From: a candidate division FCPU426 bacterium
GTDB taxonomy: Bacteria; Oederibacteriota; Muellerivitia; Muellerivitales; Muellerivitaceae
Direction of reading: 5' to 3'
Length of the DNA stretch: 64,000 nt
Assembly (NCBI GenBank): GCA_963796105.1
Contig: CAWCKJ010000004.1
Span: 640,001 to 704,000, forward strand
This document shows, in pieces, positions 30,696-39,976 of the stretch (within the stretch, counting starts at the first letter, position 1; the number at the start of each line of letters is the position of its first letter). The position numbers were made by a program, and so were the translations under genes. The notes beneath the pieces were generated by a model that did not search any database, was not told the origin of the DNA, and saw nothing but the letters and a program-made list of their open reading frames with translations.

Positions 30696-30950
30696 TTTTC
30701 ACCACAGGGGCTCAGAGACTCAGAGAAAGACGTAACCCTGGGTACAACTTTTCACCACAGGGGCTCAGGAGCCCAGAGAAAGAAATAACCCAGGGTAAAA
30801 CTTTTCACCACAGGGGCTCAGAGACCCAGAGAAAGACATTTTCCTGAGTACTGACAAAATCAATTTCTGCGAATTATCAGATAAGAAATATTCACCACAA
30901 AACTCTTCACACCGCAGTGAAGAATCGTGTCAGAACCCCAGAGAAAGGCC
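30696..30950. repeat. 53-bp-period tandem repeat TTTTCACCACAGGGGCTCAGAGACCCAGAGAAAGAC
   Basis: Units start at 30696, 30749 and 30802; variant with inserted hairpin at 30891. Confidence 0.85.
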
Positions 30951-31003
30951 TGTCTCCGGCCACTTCTAATTCCAAACTCCTAATTCCTAATTTTTTTCTG
31001 CTA

Positions 31004-31095
31004 TCAGTGTGTAGTGACCGCGATGGAATAATAATTCTCGGCCTGTAAACCGTTGCCGCTGCCGTCGATCCCGTCGGTGATGACATGGTTGGCGT
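31004..31095 (-). pseudogene. orphan copy of the last ~30 codons of lipoprotein 33119..33898
   Basis: 92 bp matching 33119-33210 with 3 mismatches. Confidence 0.85.
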
Positions 31096-31097
31096 AC

Positions 31098-31334
31098 TTA
31101 TCGGACGATGGTTTGTCCGGCCGGGGTTTGCTGGATTCCTGTCTTGGGTTTGGCCTTGCCCACGGGCAAAAGCGGGTGTTTCAGCTTGCTTAGGTCCACC
31201 TTTTTCATCGGCCCCGAATAGGGCGGCCTGGTATGGACCCTTTTGTGCTTAGCCGTGGGTGTGGCCTGCTGGGCCAAAGCTAAGGACGAGATCAGGAATA
31301 ATCCCGCCATTGCGAACTGGGTGAATCCCTTCAT
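31098..31334 (-). CDS. small secreted basic Pro-rich protein
   Basis: ATG 31334 after GGAGG; signal peptide; paralog of 57103..57342. Confidence 0.75.
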   Translation of the reverse strand: MKGFTQFAMAGLFLISSLALAQQATPTAKHKRVHTRPPYSGPMKKVDLSKLKHPLLPVGKAKPKTGIQQTPAGQTIVR

Positions 31335-31368
31335 AGATGCCTCCTTGAGAATTTTGCCGGCCACGGTA

Positions 31369-32811
31369 TTATTCCGTGTATTTGTCCACCACGCAGCCGG
31401 CGTGATCCGGGATAAACAATTCCCCGGCGGGAGTCACGCACAACCAGGTGGGTCCGTTGAACCCGTCGATCTCCCCCAGGTATTGCCCTTGGGTCGTGGC
31501 GTAAACCACGCGGGAATTAATAGTATCGGTGATAAGGAGATTGCCATAAAGATCCACTCCGATGCCGGAAGGGTACGACCCCAAAAGCACCGCCCAACTC
31601 GATTCATTGAGGGGTCCCACGTATTGGTATTGGGAATTGAATACCGAGACAATCCCGTGATTCGCGCCATTGATTCCCGCGGCATAAACATACCCGGACG
31701 CGTCGAGCGCCGCATCCTGCGGCACGAATGAGGGCCCCCCCGTGGTTTGCCGCAGGACGGAATCATCCTCCCAGGCAAGGTTCCAAACCATCCCCATCTC
31801 ATCGGGTACCACCAGGTTTCCATTGGAGTCTATTCTCACGCTCATGGGCACTATCATTTTTCCCTGGCCGCTCCAGGTGTAATCGTAGGTGCAATTGGGG
31901 GTTCCGAGCATATAACCCACCACCCCGCCCGTTATTTGGGCGATATAAAGCTCTCCGGCGGAATCAATGGCCATGCCGTTGGGCATATTAGCCGCGATGT
32001 TGTAAAGCCAATTGCCGTTACTGTCGAATACTTGGACGTTGTTAACCTGGTCGCTGACGGCGATAAAACCGGCCCCCGCGGCGACCCCGACGGGACATCT
32101 CCCCCCGATATAAGGCGTGAGGGTGGCCCGCAAGGTATAGGGCACGAATGGCGTGATAAAAATGCTGGGTGTCGAAGGGAGGGTGGGGATTGGTGTCATG
32201 GAAGGTGTCGAAGTGAAGGTGGCCGTGCCGAGGATCACGGCAGTAGGCGTATCGGTGACATGGAACCTGGGCGTGTAAGTCAATGTCGCCTCGGGGGTAT
32301 CCGTCACGGTACTGGTATTGGTGATCGTGTCTGTATAGGTGATCGTGGGCGTAAGGGTGGGGGTGGCTGTAGGGGTGCAAGTGGGGGTATTTGTAAACGT
32401 CCCCGTGACCAGGACCGTTACGGGCGTATCGGTCGGCATGGGCGTGTCCGTGGAGGTCCGGGTGGGTGTCTGTGTATCCGTCGTGGTGCTGCTCGCCGTC
32501 TCGGTGGCCGTCAAGGTGCCTGGCGGGAAAGTGGGCGAATCGGTGGCCGTAACCAGGATCGTCACGGGCGTGTTGGTAGACAGGGGGGTATAAGTAAAGG
32601 TGGGAGTTAGGGGTGGGAAGGTTGGGGTTGAAGACGCGGTGGCGCTAAATGTGGGAGTGAGAGATAAGGAAGTAGGCGTGATAGTGGGAGTCGCGGTGGC
32701 GATTTCGGGGCTGGATGGGGTTAATTTGGAACCACAGGCCAGGTTGAGGGCCACAGACGACGCGAGAATGAGTAAGAAAAGCCGGGTGGATTTGTTTTTA
32801 AAACTGTTCAA
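31369..32811 (-). CDS. lipoprotein with Thr/Pro stalk and NHL beta-propeller
   Basis: NLAC lipobox; T/P region; PNGMAIDSAGELYIA and PSGIGVDLYGNLLITD; probable TTG start at 32811 after GGAGG. Confidence 0.8.
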   Translation of the reverse strand: MNSFKNKSTRLFLLILASSVALNLACGSKLTPSSPEIATATPTITPTSLSLTPTFSATASSTPTFPPLTPTFTYTPLSTNTPVTILVTATDSPTFPPGTLTATETASSTTTDTQTPTRTSTDTPMPTDTPVTVLVTGTFTNTPTCTPTATPTLTPTITYTDTITNTSTVTDTPEATLTYTPRFHVTDTPTAVILGTATFTSTPSMTPIPTLPSTPSIFITPFVPYTLRATLTPYIGGRCPVGVAAGAGFIAVSDQVNNVQVFDSNGNWLYNIAANMPNGMAIDSAGELYIAQITGGVVGYMLGTPNCTYDYTWSGQGKMIVPMSVRIDSNGNLVVPDEMGMVWNLAWEDDSVLRQTTGGPSFVPQDAALDASGYVYAAGINGANHGIVSVFNSQYQYVGPLNESSWAVLLGSYPSGIGVDLYGNLLITDTINSRVVYATTQGQYLGEIDGFNGPTWLCVTPAGELFIPDHAGCVVDKYTE

Positions 32812-32874
32812 GGGAGCCTCCAAAATAACATCCGGACAGCCTAAGCCCGCGGGCCCCAGCCTTTCCGCTCCCCC
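32812..32874 (-). promoter_or_regulatory. conserved structured 5' leader, copy 1
   Basis: Similar to 34611-34675; hairpin upstream of the GGAGG RBS. Confidence 0.45.
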
Positions 32875-33118
32875 GTCAACGTGGCGAATAGTAGTTTATA
32901 TGCCGGGATTAAAGTGAAGAAACTTGGATAAATCTTCGCGGGCGGGACAAAGGGTAAGTTTTCCGGGTGGAAAGGCTGAAAAATAAAAAATGTTCGTATT
33001 TTGTCGGTTGATTGGCCCCGGAAGACCCGCGCTTCACGTATTTTGTCGCGCGAGGGATTTTTTAACAGCCATCCATCACGGAACGTTTAAAAATATCCCG
33101 CCCCGCGGGAAACGGTTT

Positions 33119-33898
33119 TTAGTGGGTAGTGACCGCGATGGAATAATAATTCTCGGCCTGTAAACCGTTGCCGCTGCCGTCGATCCCGTGGGTGATGACA
33201 TGGTTGGCGTTGGCGAGGTCGATCCAAAGGACGTAAGTGCAAGGCGCGGCGTTAGGATAGGCGTTGCTCACCCCGCTGTCGGGGATATCGACGGAAAGAG
33301 CCCCGGCCGGGAAAATTTGGGTCCAAAGCACGCTATTGCCTGCCGAATTTTCCATTACTGCTCCCCCCGCGGATGGGTTGAAGTTCCAGCCCGCCTGGGT
33401 GATCGCTCCGTTTGTTGAGTCATAGGTGAAACTGGGATTTGGCCCCGGAGCCACGACGCTGGAAGTGGCTGTGACCCCCAAGGCCGCCGTCGAGAAAAAA
33501 TAAGTCGCGCCGGCCGTATAGGTGAAAGACGACGTCCTGTAAATCCCGAATGTGACCCCGTAATCGGCGTAAGTCTGCGTGAAAGGGAGCGCGAAGGTCT
33601 GGCCCCCGCCGGATACCGTGACCGCCGCGATCGAGCAGGGCTGGCCGTTCGCCTGCATGCCGATGCAGGCGTCAGTCACAGGGGAACTGACGAACACGTT
33701 ATGTTCCTCCTTGACCCAGGCGTAGTACCAGGCCAGTTGGGCCGTGGGAGTAGCTGTGCAGGTGATGGTTGGTGTGCTGGTGGCTGTGGCGTTGGTCTTA
33801 GGGGGGCCCGCCGGGTTATTGCTGTTGGAACTACAGGCCCCTGTCAGGACCATGACCGATAAGATGATTAAGGCGAAAAGCCAAATGGATTTTTTCAT
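33119..33898 (-). CDS. lipoprotein of the paralogous GACS family
   Basis: LTGAC lipobox; QANGQP..AAV and DSG.SNAYP shared with 44961..45959. Confidence 0.8.
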   Translation of the reverse strand: MKKSIWLFALIILSVMVLTGACSSNSNNPAGPPKTNATATSTPTITCTATPTAQLAWYYAWVKEEHNVFVSSPVTDACIGMQANGQPCSIAAVTVSGGGQTFALPFTQTYADYGVTFGIYRTSSFTYTAGATYFFSTAALGVTATSSVVAPGPNPSFTYDSTNGAITQAGWNFNPSAGGAVMENSAGNSVLWTQIFPAGALSVDIPDSGVSNAYPNAAPCTYVLWIDLANANHVITHGIDGSGNGLQAENYYSIAVTTH

Positions 33899-33920
33899 CC
33901 TCAGAAACTCCTTTATTGGA

Positions 33921-34610
33921 TTACTGGATAGTGACGTCGTCTATATAAAGGTTTACGGTGTTAAAGGGACCTGTCGCGGTAGAACTGGCACCAAGCACGA
34001 ATCGAATCCCATTCACGGCCGAAGGTGTGGTCTGTCCCATTAGGTAAGTGATCGCCCAGGTCGCCTGCGTCCAAGCGCCAACGGTCACCGAGGACATAAG
34101 GCCGCCCCCATTCCCGTATAAAGAATCCGCCTCGACCCAAATCTGGTTTCCGGTGGCTGCCGGAAGCTGGTCGATGAAGTACCAGAAGGAGATCGTCTCA
34201 CCGGTCAAGTTGACGGGCGGGTTGATAAAATAATAGAACCCCCCATATTGGTAGGCGCCGGTAAAAGTGATGCTCGATGCAAGGGATTGGATCTCCGTGT
34301 GCGCCTCGGCGGTGGAAAGCTCCACAGCGCTCTGAAGGCTTGGGAATTCAGTATACCAACCAGCAGGGACTGAAGAACCCTCGAACCCTTGGGCCGGGAA
34401 AGTCGTATCGATCGTTGCGGTGACCGTGACGGTTGGGGTGATCGTCGGCGAATTTGTGATAGTCGGCGTGATCGTGGCGGTCGGCGTCGCGGTCGCCTTA
34501 GGGGGGCCTACCGGATTTTCCGTGTTGGAACTGCAGGCACCTGTCAGGGCCATGACCGCTATGAGGATGAAGGCCAAGAACCAAAAGGATTTGTTTTGAA
34601 ATGTTTTCAA
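33921..34610 (-). CDS. lipoprotein with CBM-like beta-sandwich
   Basis: LTGAC lipobox; T/P linker; GFEG..NLTGETISFW..LYIDDVTI. Confidence 0.75.
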   Translation of the reverse strand: MKTFQNKSFWFLAFILIAVMALTGACSSNTENPVGPPKATATPTATITPTITNSPTITPTVTVTATIDTTFPAQGFEGSSVPAGWYTEFPSLQSAVELSTAEAHTEIQSLASSITFTGAYQYGGFYYFINPPVNLTGETISFWYFIDQLPAATGNQIWVEADSLYGNGGGLMSSVTVGAWTQATWAITYLMGQTTPSAVNGIRFVLGASSTATGPFNTVNLYIDDVTIQ

Positions 34611-34675
34611 AGGAGCCTCCGAAAATAAATATTCCGGACAGCCGCGCCCGAAGGCCCCGGCCTTTCCGCTCCCCC
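34611..34675 (-). promoter_or_regulatory. conserved structured 5' leader, copy 2
   Basis: CGGA-GGCCG-GCC(UUCG)GGC-CGGCU-UCCG stem-loop upstream of the RBS. Confidence 0.45.
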
Positions 34676-34754
34676 TTTATTAATGACTATGTTAATTCCC
34701 TTCCGGGAAAAAAGAGGTTAAATCTTCGTGTCGAGATTGAAGAGAAGGGTTAAA

Positions 34755-34842
34755 CGGATGACCATCCGGATTTGAAATAATCTTTCACCACAGAACTCTT
34801 CACACCGCAGTGAAGAGTCGTGTCAGAGACCCAGAGAAAGAC
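34755..34842 (+). repeat. 88-bp direct repeat, copy 2
   Basis: Matches 29461-29548. Confidence 0.85.
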
Positions 34843-34948
34843 ATTTAACCGGGTACAACTTTTCACCACAGAGTTTCACCACAGGGACACAGAGACACAG
34901 AGAAAGACATTTTCCTGGGTACTGACAAAATCAATTTTCGCCATGGAT

Positions 34949-35025
34949 GTGCCAATCTTCCATAAAACTTATAAGGAGATTGGTACGATACCAGCCCCCC
35001 TATTGGACTTATGGAAGGCTGGCAT
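34949..35025. repeat. tandem 38-bp palindrome pair
   Basis: gtgccaatct..agattggtac (34949-34986), g, ataccagcc..ggctggcat (34988-35025). Confidence 0.75.
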
Positions 35026-35040
35026 GCATGGGATGCATGG

Positions 35041-35166
35041 GATTTAAAGCGCATTTTGATCATGATCTGAAACCCTTTTGAATCAATATCAACATCCCCT
35101 GCTTTCGATTCATCCAGCAAGCCTGAAAAAAGCTAAAATAAGGCCAATTCAAAAAGGATATTTGGC
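35041..35166 (+). repeat. 126-bp direct repeat, copy 1
   Basis: Colinear with 37868-37993. Confidence 0.85.
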
Positions 35167-35192
35167 CGGTTCGAGTACAGCCTGGGGAGCCA
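35165..35192 (+). other. 3' fragment of a tRNA (Asn-like); putative att scar
   Basis: GCCGG-TTCGAGT-ACAGC-CTGGGGA-G-CCA: T arm, acceptor strand, G discriminator, CCA; no 5' half upstream. Confidence 0.6.
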
Positions 35193-35511
35193 TTTTAGAA
35201 CACCCAGTACCTCGGAAGCCTCAAGAGGTAACGCTGGGGTAACGCTCAAAGGGTCGATCCTGACATGGGATCAGGCCCTTTTGCATTCTTTATATGAACT
35301 ATCGCGGACAAGGTTCAACTTTTCTAACCTTATTTATAAGACCGTCACACTTTCGGATCAGCGTTTACAAGGTAAGAGCATTTAAAAAACCACGCCCTGA
35401 AAATCTATTGAAAATGTATTTCCGCGTCAAAATTAAGGAAAACAAGCGGGATCAAGTGAAAGCCGCAGTTTGAATATTTTATCGAACGTTGCCCCTTTTC
35501 GAGTTCCGACT

Positions 35512-37572
35512 TTATTTTTGTAACACCTTTTCCGGGACGGGCCAGGGAATCAAGTTTTCATTCTTGAATACCTGGGTCAATAACTTCCCGAAAAAGATGG
35601 CGCCGTTGGGATCCAAATGGCCGGGGCCGGTCGTGGGATAAAAGGAAAGATCCAGGGCATTCAGGTAGGGGCCAAGGTCAAAATAAGGGACATTGTACTT
35701 CTGGGCCACTTCCTTATAAAAATCTGGTTGATAGTAATCAGCGGACACTGCGTTTATGTAGCCAAAGAGAATTAATAGCCTCACGGGTTTGCCGCTGGAT
35801 GTTCTCATGTTCGAAAGCTTGCGATTGAGCAATTCCCAGGGGTACCCCCAAAACTCCAGGCTCATCTCGCGCGCTTTCGGATCGGAATTGATGTCGTTTA
35901 CCGAAAATTCAAAATTATTTCCGTTAATCTTCACATATTTATGCTCTTTGCAATATTCATAGAATCTCCGGGGCATACCATCCGGGATCCTCTCCTGGGG
36001 AGGCTTTAAAATATATTCCATATCCGGGTTAGAAGTTAAAACGCCGTTAGCGTGGGGAATGCCGTCGGGGGTCAAATTATAACGGTAATAATAACAATAG
36101 GCCGGCAAGTCAATCTGCGGGTTGAAGATGACCACCAGATCGACATCGAGTTTTTTGACTTCGTCGGGCACTTCAATGGTAGGCCAAAAGAGAAGGTCCC
36201 CATGGCGGCCAAAACTTAAAAACTCATAATTCATGGGATTATCATCTAGAGCGGCCTGGAAATTCAGTTCATGTTCCACTTGGGGAGCGATAGCCAAGTT
36301 CTCCGGGTATTGCTTGCCTGTGACCACGGGGTGGGTGTCGGTGGGAAGAAGAAAATCGTCGGTGTCCGTTGTCCCGCAGTTCCCGCATAACAATATCCGA
36401 TAGGTGTTTTTGGGCTTTTCGGCCGGGTATTCAGCGCCATTTAATCTTACGCTGTTATGGCCCATATTCCAAAACAGGTCCCGAATCGAAACGATAACGT
36501 TCACATTAGGAATGGTAAAAAAGAACTTTCGTTTACCTGAGGGATCAGGGACAAAACCCACCCAGGGGCTTATAGGCTGGATCGATTCATAAGGATATTT
36601 ATCCGGGGGTATAAAGTCACCCCATGCATTATTGAATTTTACCACTCCGTTGCTCGAGCCGTACTGCGAGTAACGCTTGTCTAAAATAAACCGCTCGGCC
36701 GGATACCCATCCTTTTTCAACAGGCCATAAAGGATTTGGTCGCTCGAGCAAAGTGAAATCACCTTATCCGCCGGGTTCCCCGCCGGCTGCATATTCGTCA
36801 CCGCGTTATTCTTCCAGTCCAACGAGAAAACACTTTGCAAATCCCTGTCGGACACGTAGATCGTGTTTTCCTGGATCCATAGGGCCGACGGATGGGGAAG
36901 TTGAACATTATCTTTCAGGATCGCCGTTATTTGACCGGTCCCCAAATTCAACGCATTCAAAACACCCGCGTCTGGCTGGGTAAACAGGATCGAATTGGCC
37001 GTGGGAAGGTAGACCATATCCTTGATCCCAATCAACAAGACCGGCGGCTTGACGTCAGGGGAAGGCATGGAGTTCGGTTTTGGGGAATCGGACCCATCCA
37101 GCTGGATAGGTCCGCCCCGATAGGTCGTCACCGTCCCCGCTTTTAGGTTCACAAAACGAAGACTTTGGCTCAAAAAATCGTTGACCGCCAAATAATCGCC
37201 CGGAAGATAAAGGACCCCTCGGGGTTCGTGGAATAGGGCCAGAGTCAATGGACCGTCCAAATTCCCGGGCGCGTCCTGGCCAGCAACGGTGCCAACCTCA
37301 TTGTTTTGGTCAAGGTGGATAATGCGGATTCGGTTATTGAGGGAATCGGCGACGAAAAGGCGGGTCCCATCATCGCTCACCGTCAAACCCAGGGGCTGGT
37401 TAAATAGGGCAGTGTTAAAACTTCCATCCCTATAACCGGCGTCGTATTGACTTCCCGCAACCACGGCAAAGGGGGAATACAAGGGACGAATCGTCCCCGC
37501 CGCTGGAACGGCCAGTAAGCTCAAGAGCGTTATTAAAAATACCGTCATAAGTGAAACAAGATACCGATTCAT
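35512..37572 (-). CDS. exported NHL/beta-propeller protein with C-terminal SGNH-like domain
   Basis: AG..DG..ALFNQPLGL..LFVADSLNNRIR; RILLCGNC and GHLDPNG. Confidence 0.7.
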   Translation of the reverse strand: MNRYLVSLMTVFLITLLSLLAVPAAGTIRPLYSPFAVVAGSQYDAGYRDGSFNTALFNQPLGLTVSDDGTRLFVADSLNNRIRIIHLDQNNEVGTVAGQDAPGNLDGPLTLALFHEPRGVLYLPGDYLAVNDFLSQSLRFVNLKAGTVTTYRGGPIQLDGSDSPKPNSMPSPDVKPPVLLIGIKDMVYLPTANSILFTQPDAGVLNALNLGTGQITAILKDNVQLPHPSALWIQENTIYVSDRDLQSVFSLDWKNNAVTNMQPAGNPADKVISLCSSDQILYGLLKKDGYPAERFILDKRYSQYGSSNGVVKFNNAWGDFIPPDKYPYESIQPISPWVGFVPDPSGKRKFFFTIPNVNVIVSIRDLFWNMGHNSVRLNGAEYPAEKPKNTYRILLCGNCGTTDTDDFLLPTDTHPVVTGKQYPENLAIAPQVEHELNFQAALDDNPMNYEFLSFGRHGDLLFWPTIEVPDEVKKLDVDLVVIFNPQIDLPAYCYYYRYNLTPDGIPHANGVLTSNPDMEYILKPPQERIPDGMPRRFYEYCKEHKYVKINGNNFEFSVNDINSDPKAREMSLEFWGYPWELLNRKLSNMRTSSGKPVRLLILFGYINAVSADYYQPDFYKEVAQKYNVPYFDLGPYLNALDLSFYPTTGPGHLDPNGAIFFGKLLTQVFKNENLIPWPVPEKVLQK

Positions 37573-37867
37573 ACGCGCCTCCTAATATATATTGGGCCAA
37601 AATAGGAAAAGGCGGGCTTAGGTACAAAACCCTCGCACTTTTCCTACCCTATAGACGGGAAAAGGCCGATTTATTTCAAATTTTTTTTAAATAGCCAAAA
37701 ACCCTTTTAATGAAGGGGTATTGGGGGGTTCTTGAGGGCCCTTTAACTGTGCCTCTGTCCCACATCCCCATAAATCCATAAAAGAATTTAGCTGTGCCTC
37801 TGAGTCCCTGTGGTGAATATTAAGGTTTTACGGGTTTTAGGCAAAAAATTCGCGCTGGCATTCAGGT

Positions 37868-37993
37868 GATTAAAAGCGAACTTTAATCATGATCTGGAAC
37901 CTTTTTGAATCAATGGCATCATCCGGCGCTTTCGATTTATCCAGCAAGCATGAAAAAAGCTAAAATAAGGCCAATTCAAAAAGGATGTTTGGC
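37868..37993 (+). repeat. 126-bp direct repeat, copy 2
   Basis: Colinear with 35041-35166. Confidence 0.85.
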
Positions 37994-38044
37994 TAATTTG
38001 ACCTAACTAGGGGAGTCTTAATTTAAATGCTGAAGGAAAATTAA

Positions 38045-38392
38045 ATGACGGATGAAGAGTATTTGCGGATTCTGAAGAAAAAAATGAATTTTAGGGGTAT
38101 AAGAGTTTTAATTGTTTTTTTGCTCTATTTACCCCTAATGAGAGGCACTGTTTATTTATCGAATTTAATGGGGTTTAAAAACAATAACTTTTTTCCAGCC
38201 GTAGCAATCGCATATATGATTTTTTGGCTTTACTGTATTTTATCTTACAAATTCATGAAGTGCCCTAAATGCGAAAATTATTACTATTGGGGCATTTATC
38301 GAAAGCCTATAAGCCAAATTTTCAATCTCAAACTTTTAATGGGTCGAAAGTGCTCTTCCTGTGGATTTGAATTAAAGAAATCTAAAAGTTGA
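38045..38392 (+). CDS. small membrane protein with CxxC..CxxC zinc ribbon
   Basis: Two TM helices; CPKC and CSSC; AT-rich. Confidence 0.7.
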   Translation: MTDEEYLRILKKKMNFRGIRVLIVFLLYLPLMRGTVYLSNLMGFKNNNFFPAVAIAYMIFWLYCILSYKFMKCPKCENYYYWGIYRKPISQIFNLKLLMGRKCSSCGFELKKSKS

Positions 38393-38535
38393 CCTTTTCG
38401 GCATAAATCCGAAGGTTCGAAAATGGATCGACAAGCTCAACAGATACTCGTCATGAATGTGGAGGAAGGAAGTCAATTCTCAATTTTGAATGTTAAATTT
38501 TGAATTAGTAGGCTTGTCCACGATGGGGAGGCCAT

Positions 38536-38985
38536 TTGAAAAGGGATACTGAAAATTCAGTTAAACGGCTTGATTTAATCTGGTATTCCTTCAGTTTTGT
38601 TTTTTTGGCAATTGTTACCGGCTTTTTTAAGTTTTCCGCGCTCAGTCATTTGCTTTTTACCCCCTATATTTTTTTGATGGGATTTTTTTCATTTACGTTC
38701 GGAGTTTTAAAAGTTGTTTTTTTCAGAAGCGGGAAATTCCTTCAATTAACCACGTCAGTGAAAATCAGGGGTTGGTTCGCCTTCCTTGCCTCAATGACCG
38801 CCGCCTTTTGGTGTCTATTCAGTTTTAATTTTCCTTGGTTTTATCGTTTGGCCTATTTTCTGTTCTGTTCATTCTTCGGCTTCCTTAACGGCCTAAGCCT
38901 ATATAAGGGTGTGAGCCTTGCCTTTTTTCATTGGGTTGACCAAAAGTACGGAGAATCCATCCGGAGGTTAATATTAAGAAAATAA
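38536..38985 (+). CDS. hypothetical membrane protein
   Basis: Phe-rich, about 4 TM; TTG start after GGAGG. Confidence 0.6.
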   Translation: MKRDTENSVKRLDLIWYSFSFVFLAIVTGFFKFSALSHLLFTPYIFLMGFFSFTFGVLKVVFFRSGKFLQLTTSVKIRGWFAFLASMTAAFWCLFSFNFPWFYRLAYFLFCSFFGFLNGLSLYKGVSLAFFHWVDQKYGESIRRLILRK

Positions 38986-39160
38986 TGCTAATTCCCTTGT
39001 TCACGACTGGGAGATCCTCGTTCCACAACGAGTATCAGTGGGATTGGACAGGGAGTAACCCCTGATTCAGCCCCGAATCGATGGAACTTTCACCCCCTTT
39101 GTTTCGTCCTATAATTGTTCCAGCGCTTTGTGATCTTGTTTTCAAGAAAGAGGTAAAGCT

Positions 39161-39976
39161 ATGAAACCAACCCCTGGTTTTCCGGTTCTGTTAAAAACGG
39201 CGTTGACCTTAATAGTTGTCTTTTTATTCAGCGGATGCGCGCAACAGCCCCTGCCGCCCCTCTTCAGCCTTTACGGCTACCAGCGCCTCGCCGTCATTCC
39301 CTTTGACAACAATACGCAGGACCCGGCCTTGGCCACCGCACTGCAGGATGAATTGACCAGTGAGATCGTGAGCCTAAACGCCCTTCCCGTGATCGAGGCG
39401 GGCCAGGTGGCGGCCTACCTGAAGTCCATCCCCGCAAAAGCTTCCGACGTACTGACGGACCAGGGATTGCGCCAAAATATCGTCCAACATTTCAAATGCG
39501 ACATCCTATTAGTGGGGTCGGCGGAGGGATACAACGAGTTCCTCAAGGATGAATCGCCTAATAGGTCGGGTTCAGGGTGGGGCTTTTACACGGATCGCAA
39601 GGTCGTCGTCACTAACAGCGCCAAGCTGATGGACCCTGCCAGCGGCAGTCTGCTATGGTTCCGGAACAAGAACTGGGGCGCAAGTTGGCACAATACCTGG
39701 AATCCCCTTCCCGTTCCGGAAACCGTGTTCCTTCCGGGCCTGCTAGGGCAGTTTGTCGATTTGGTTAATTTGGTGAAATACCGGCTGGACCAAAAAGTGG
39801 ATGTTGAGCCTCCCTTTGCCGACGAAACCTATGGTGGCGGCCTGATCTATCCCCAAAGCACCGCATTTACCCGGCTTCGCCAGAAGGCCATTGTGTCCGC
39901 GGTGGGTTCCATGGTGGATGACTTTCAGGGCCATTACAACTGGACGCCAGGGTTAAGGACAAACAACGGCCAATAA
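39161..39976 (+). CDS. lipoprotein (CsgG/DUF799-like fold)
   Basis: FSGC lipobox; RLAVIPFDNNT..DILLVG..AKLMD..GSLLW. Confidence 0.7.
   Translation: MKPTPGFPVLLKTALTLIVVFLFSGCAQQPLPPLFSLYGYQRLAVIPFDNNTQDPALATALQDELTSEIVSLNALPVIEAGQVAAYLKSIPAKASDVLTDQGLRQNIVQHFKCDILLVGSAEGYNEFLKDESPNRSGSGWGFYTDRKVVVTNSAKLMDPASGSLLWFRNKNWGASWHNTWNPLPVPETVFLPGLLGQFVDLVNLVKYRLDQKVDVEPPFADETYGGGLIYPQSTAFTRLRQKAIVSAVGSMVDDFQGHYNWTPGLRTNNGQ

Noticed and set aside
30696..30850. Possible CRISPR array (about 36-bp repeat, 53-bp period)
   Set aside because: The intervening sequences are only ~17 nt and resemble each other, the repeat is dispersed elsewhere in the window, and there are no cas genes.
31004..33210. DGR template/variable repeat pair
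   Set aside because: The three mismatches are not confined to adenines of one copy, and there is no reverse transcriptase in the window.
12878..39050. TGT..ACA-ended MITEs (12878-12970, 17897-18025, 38997-39050)
   Set aside because: No flanking target duplications and unrelated interiors; treated as part of the boundary-site family instead.
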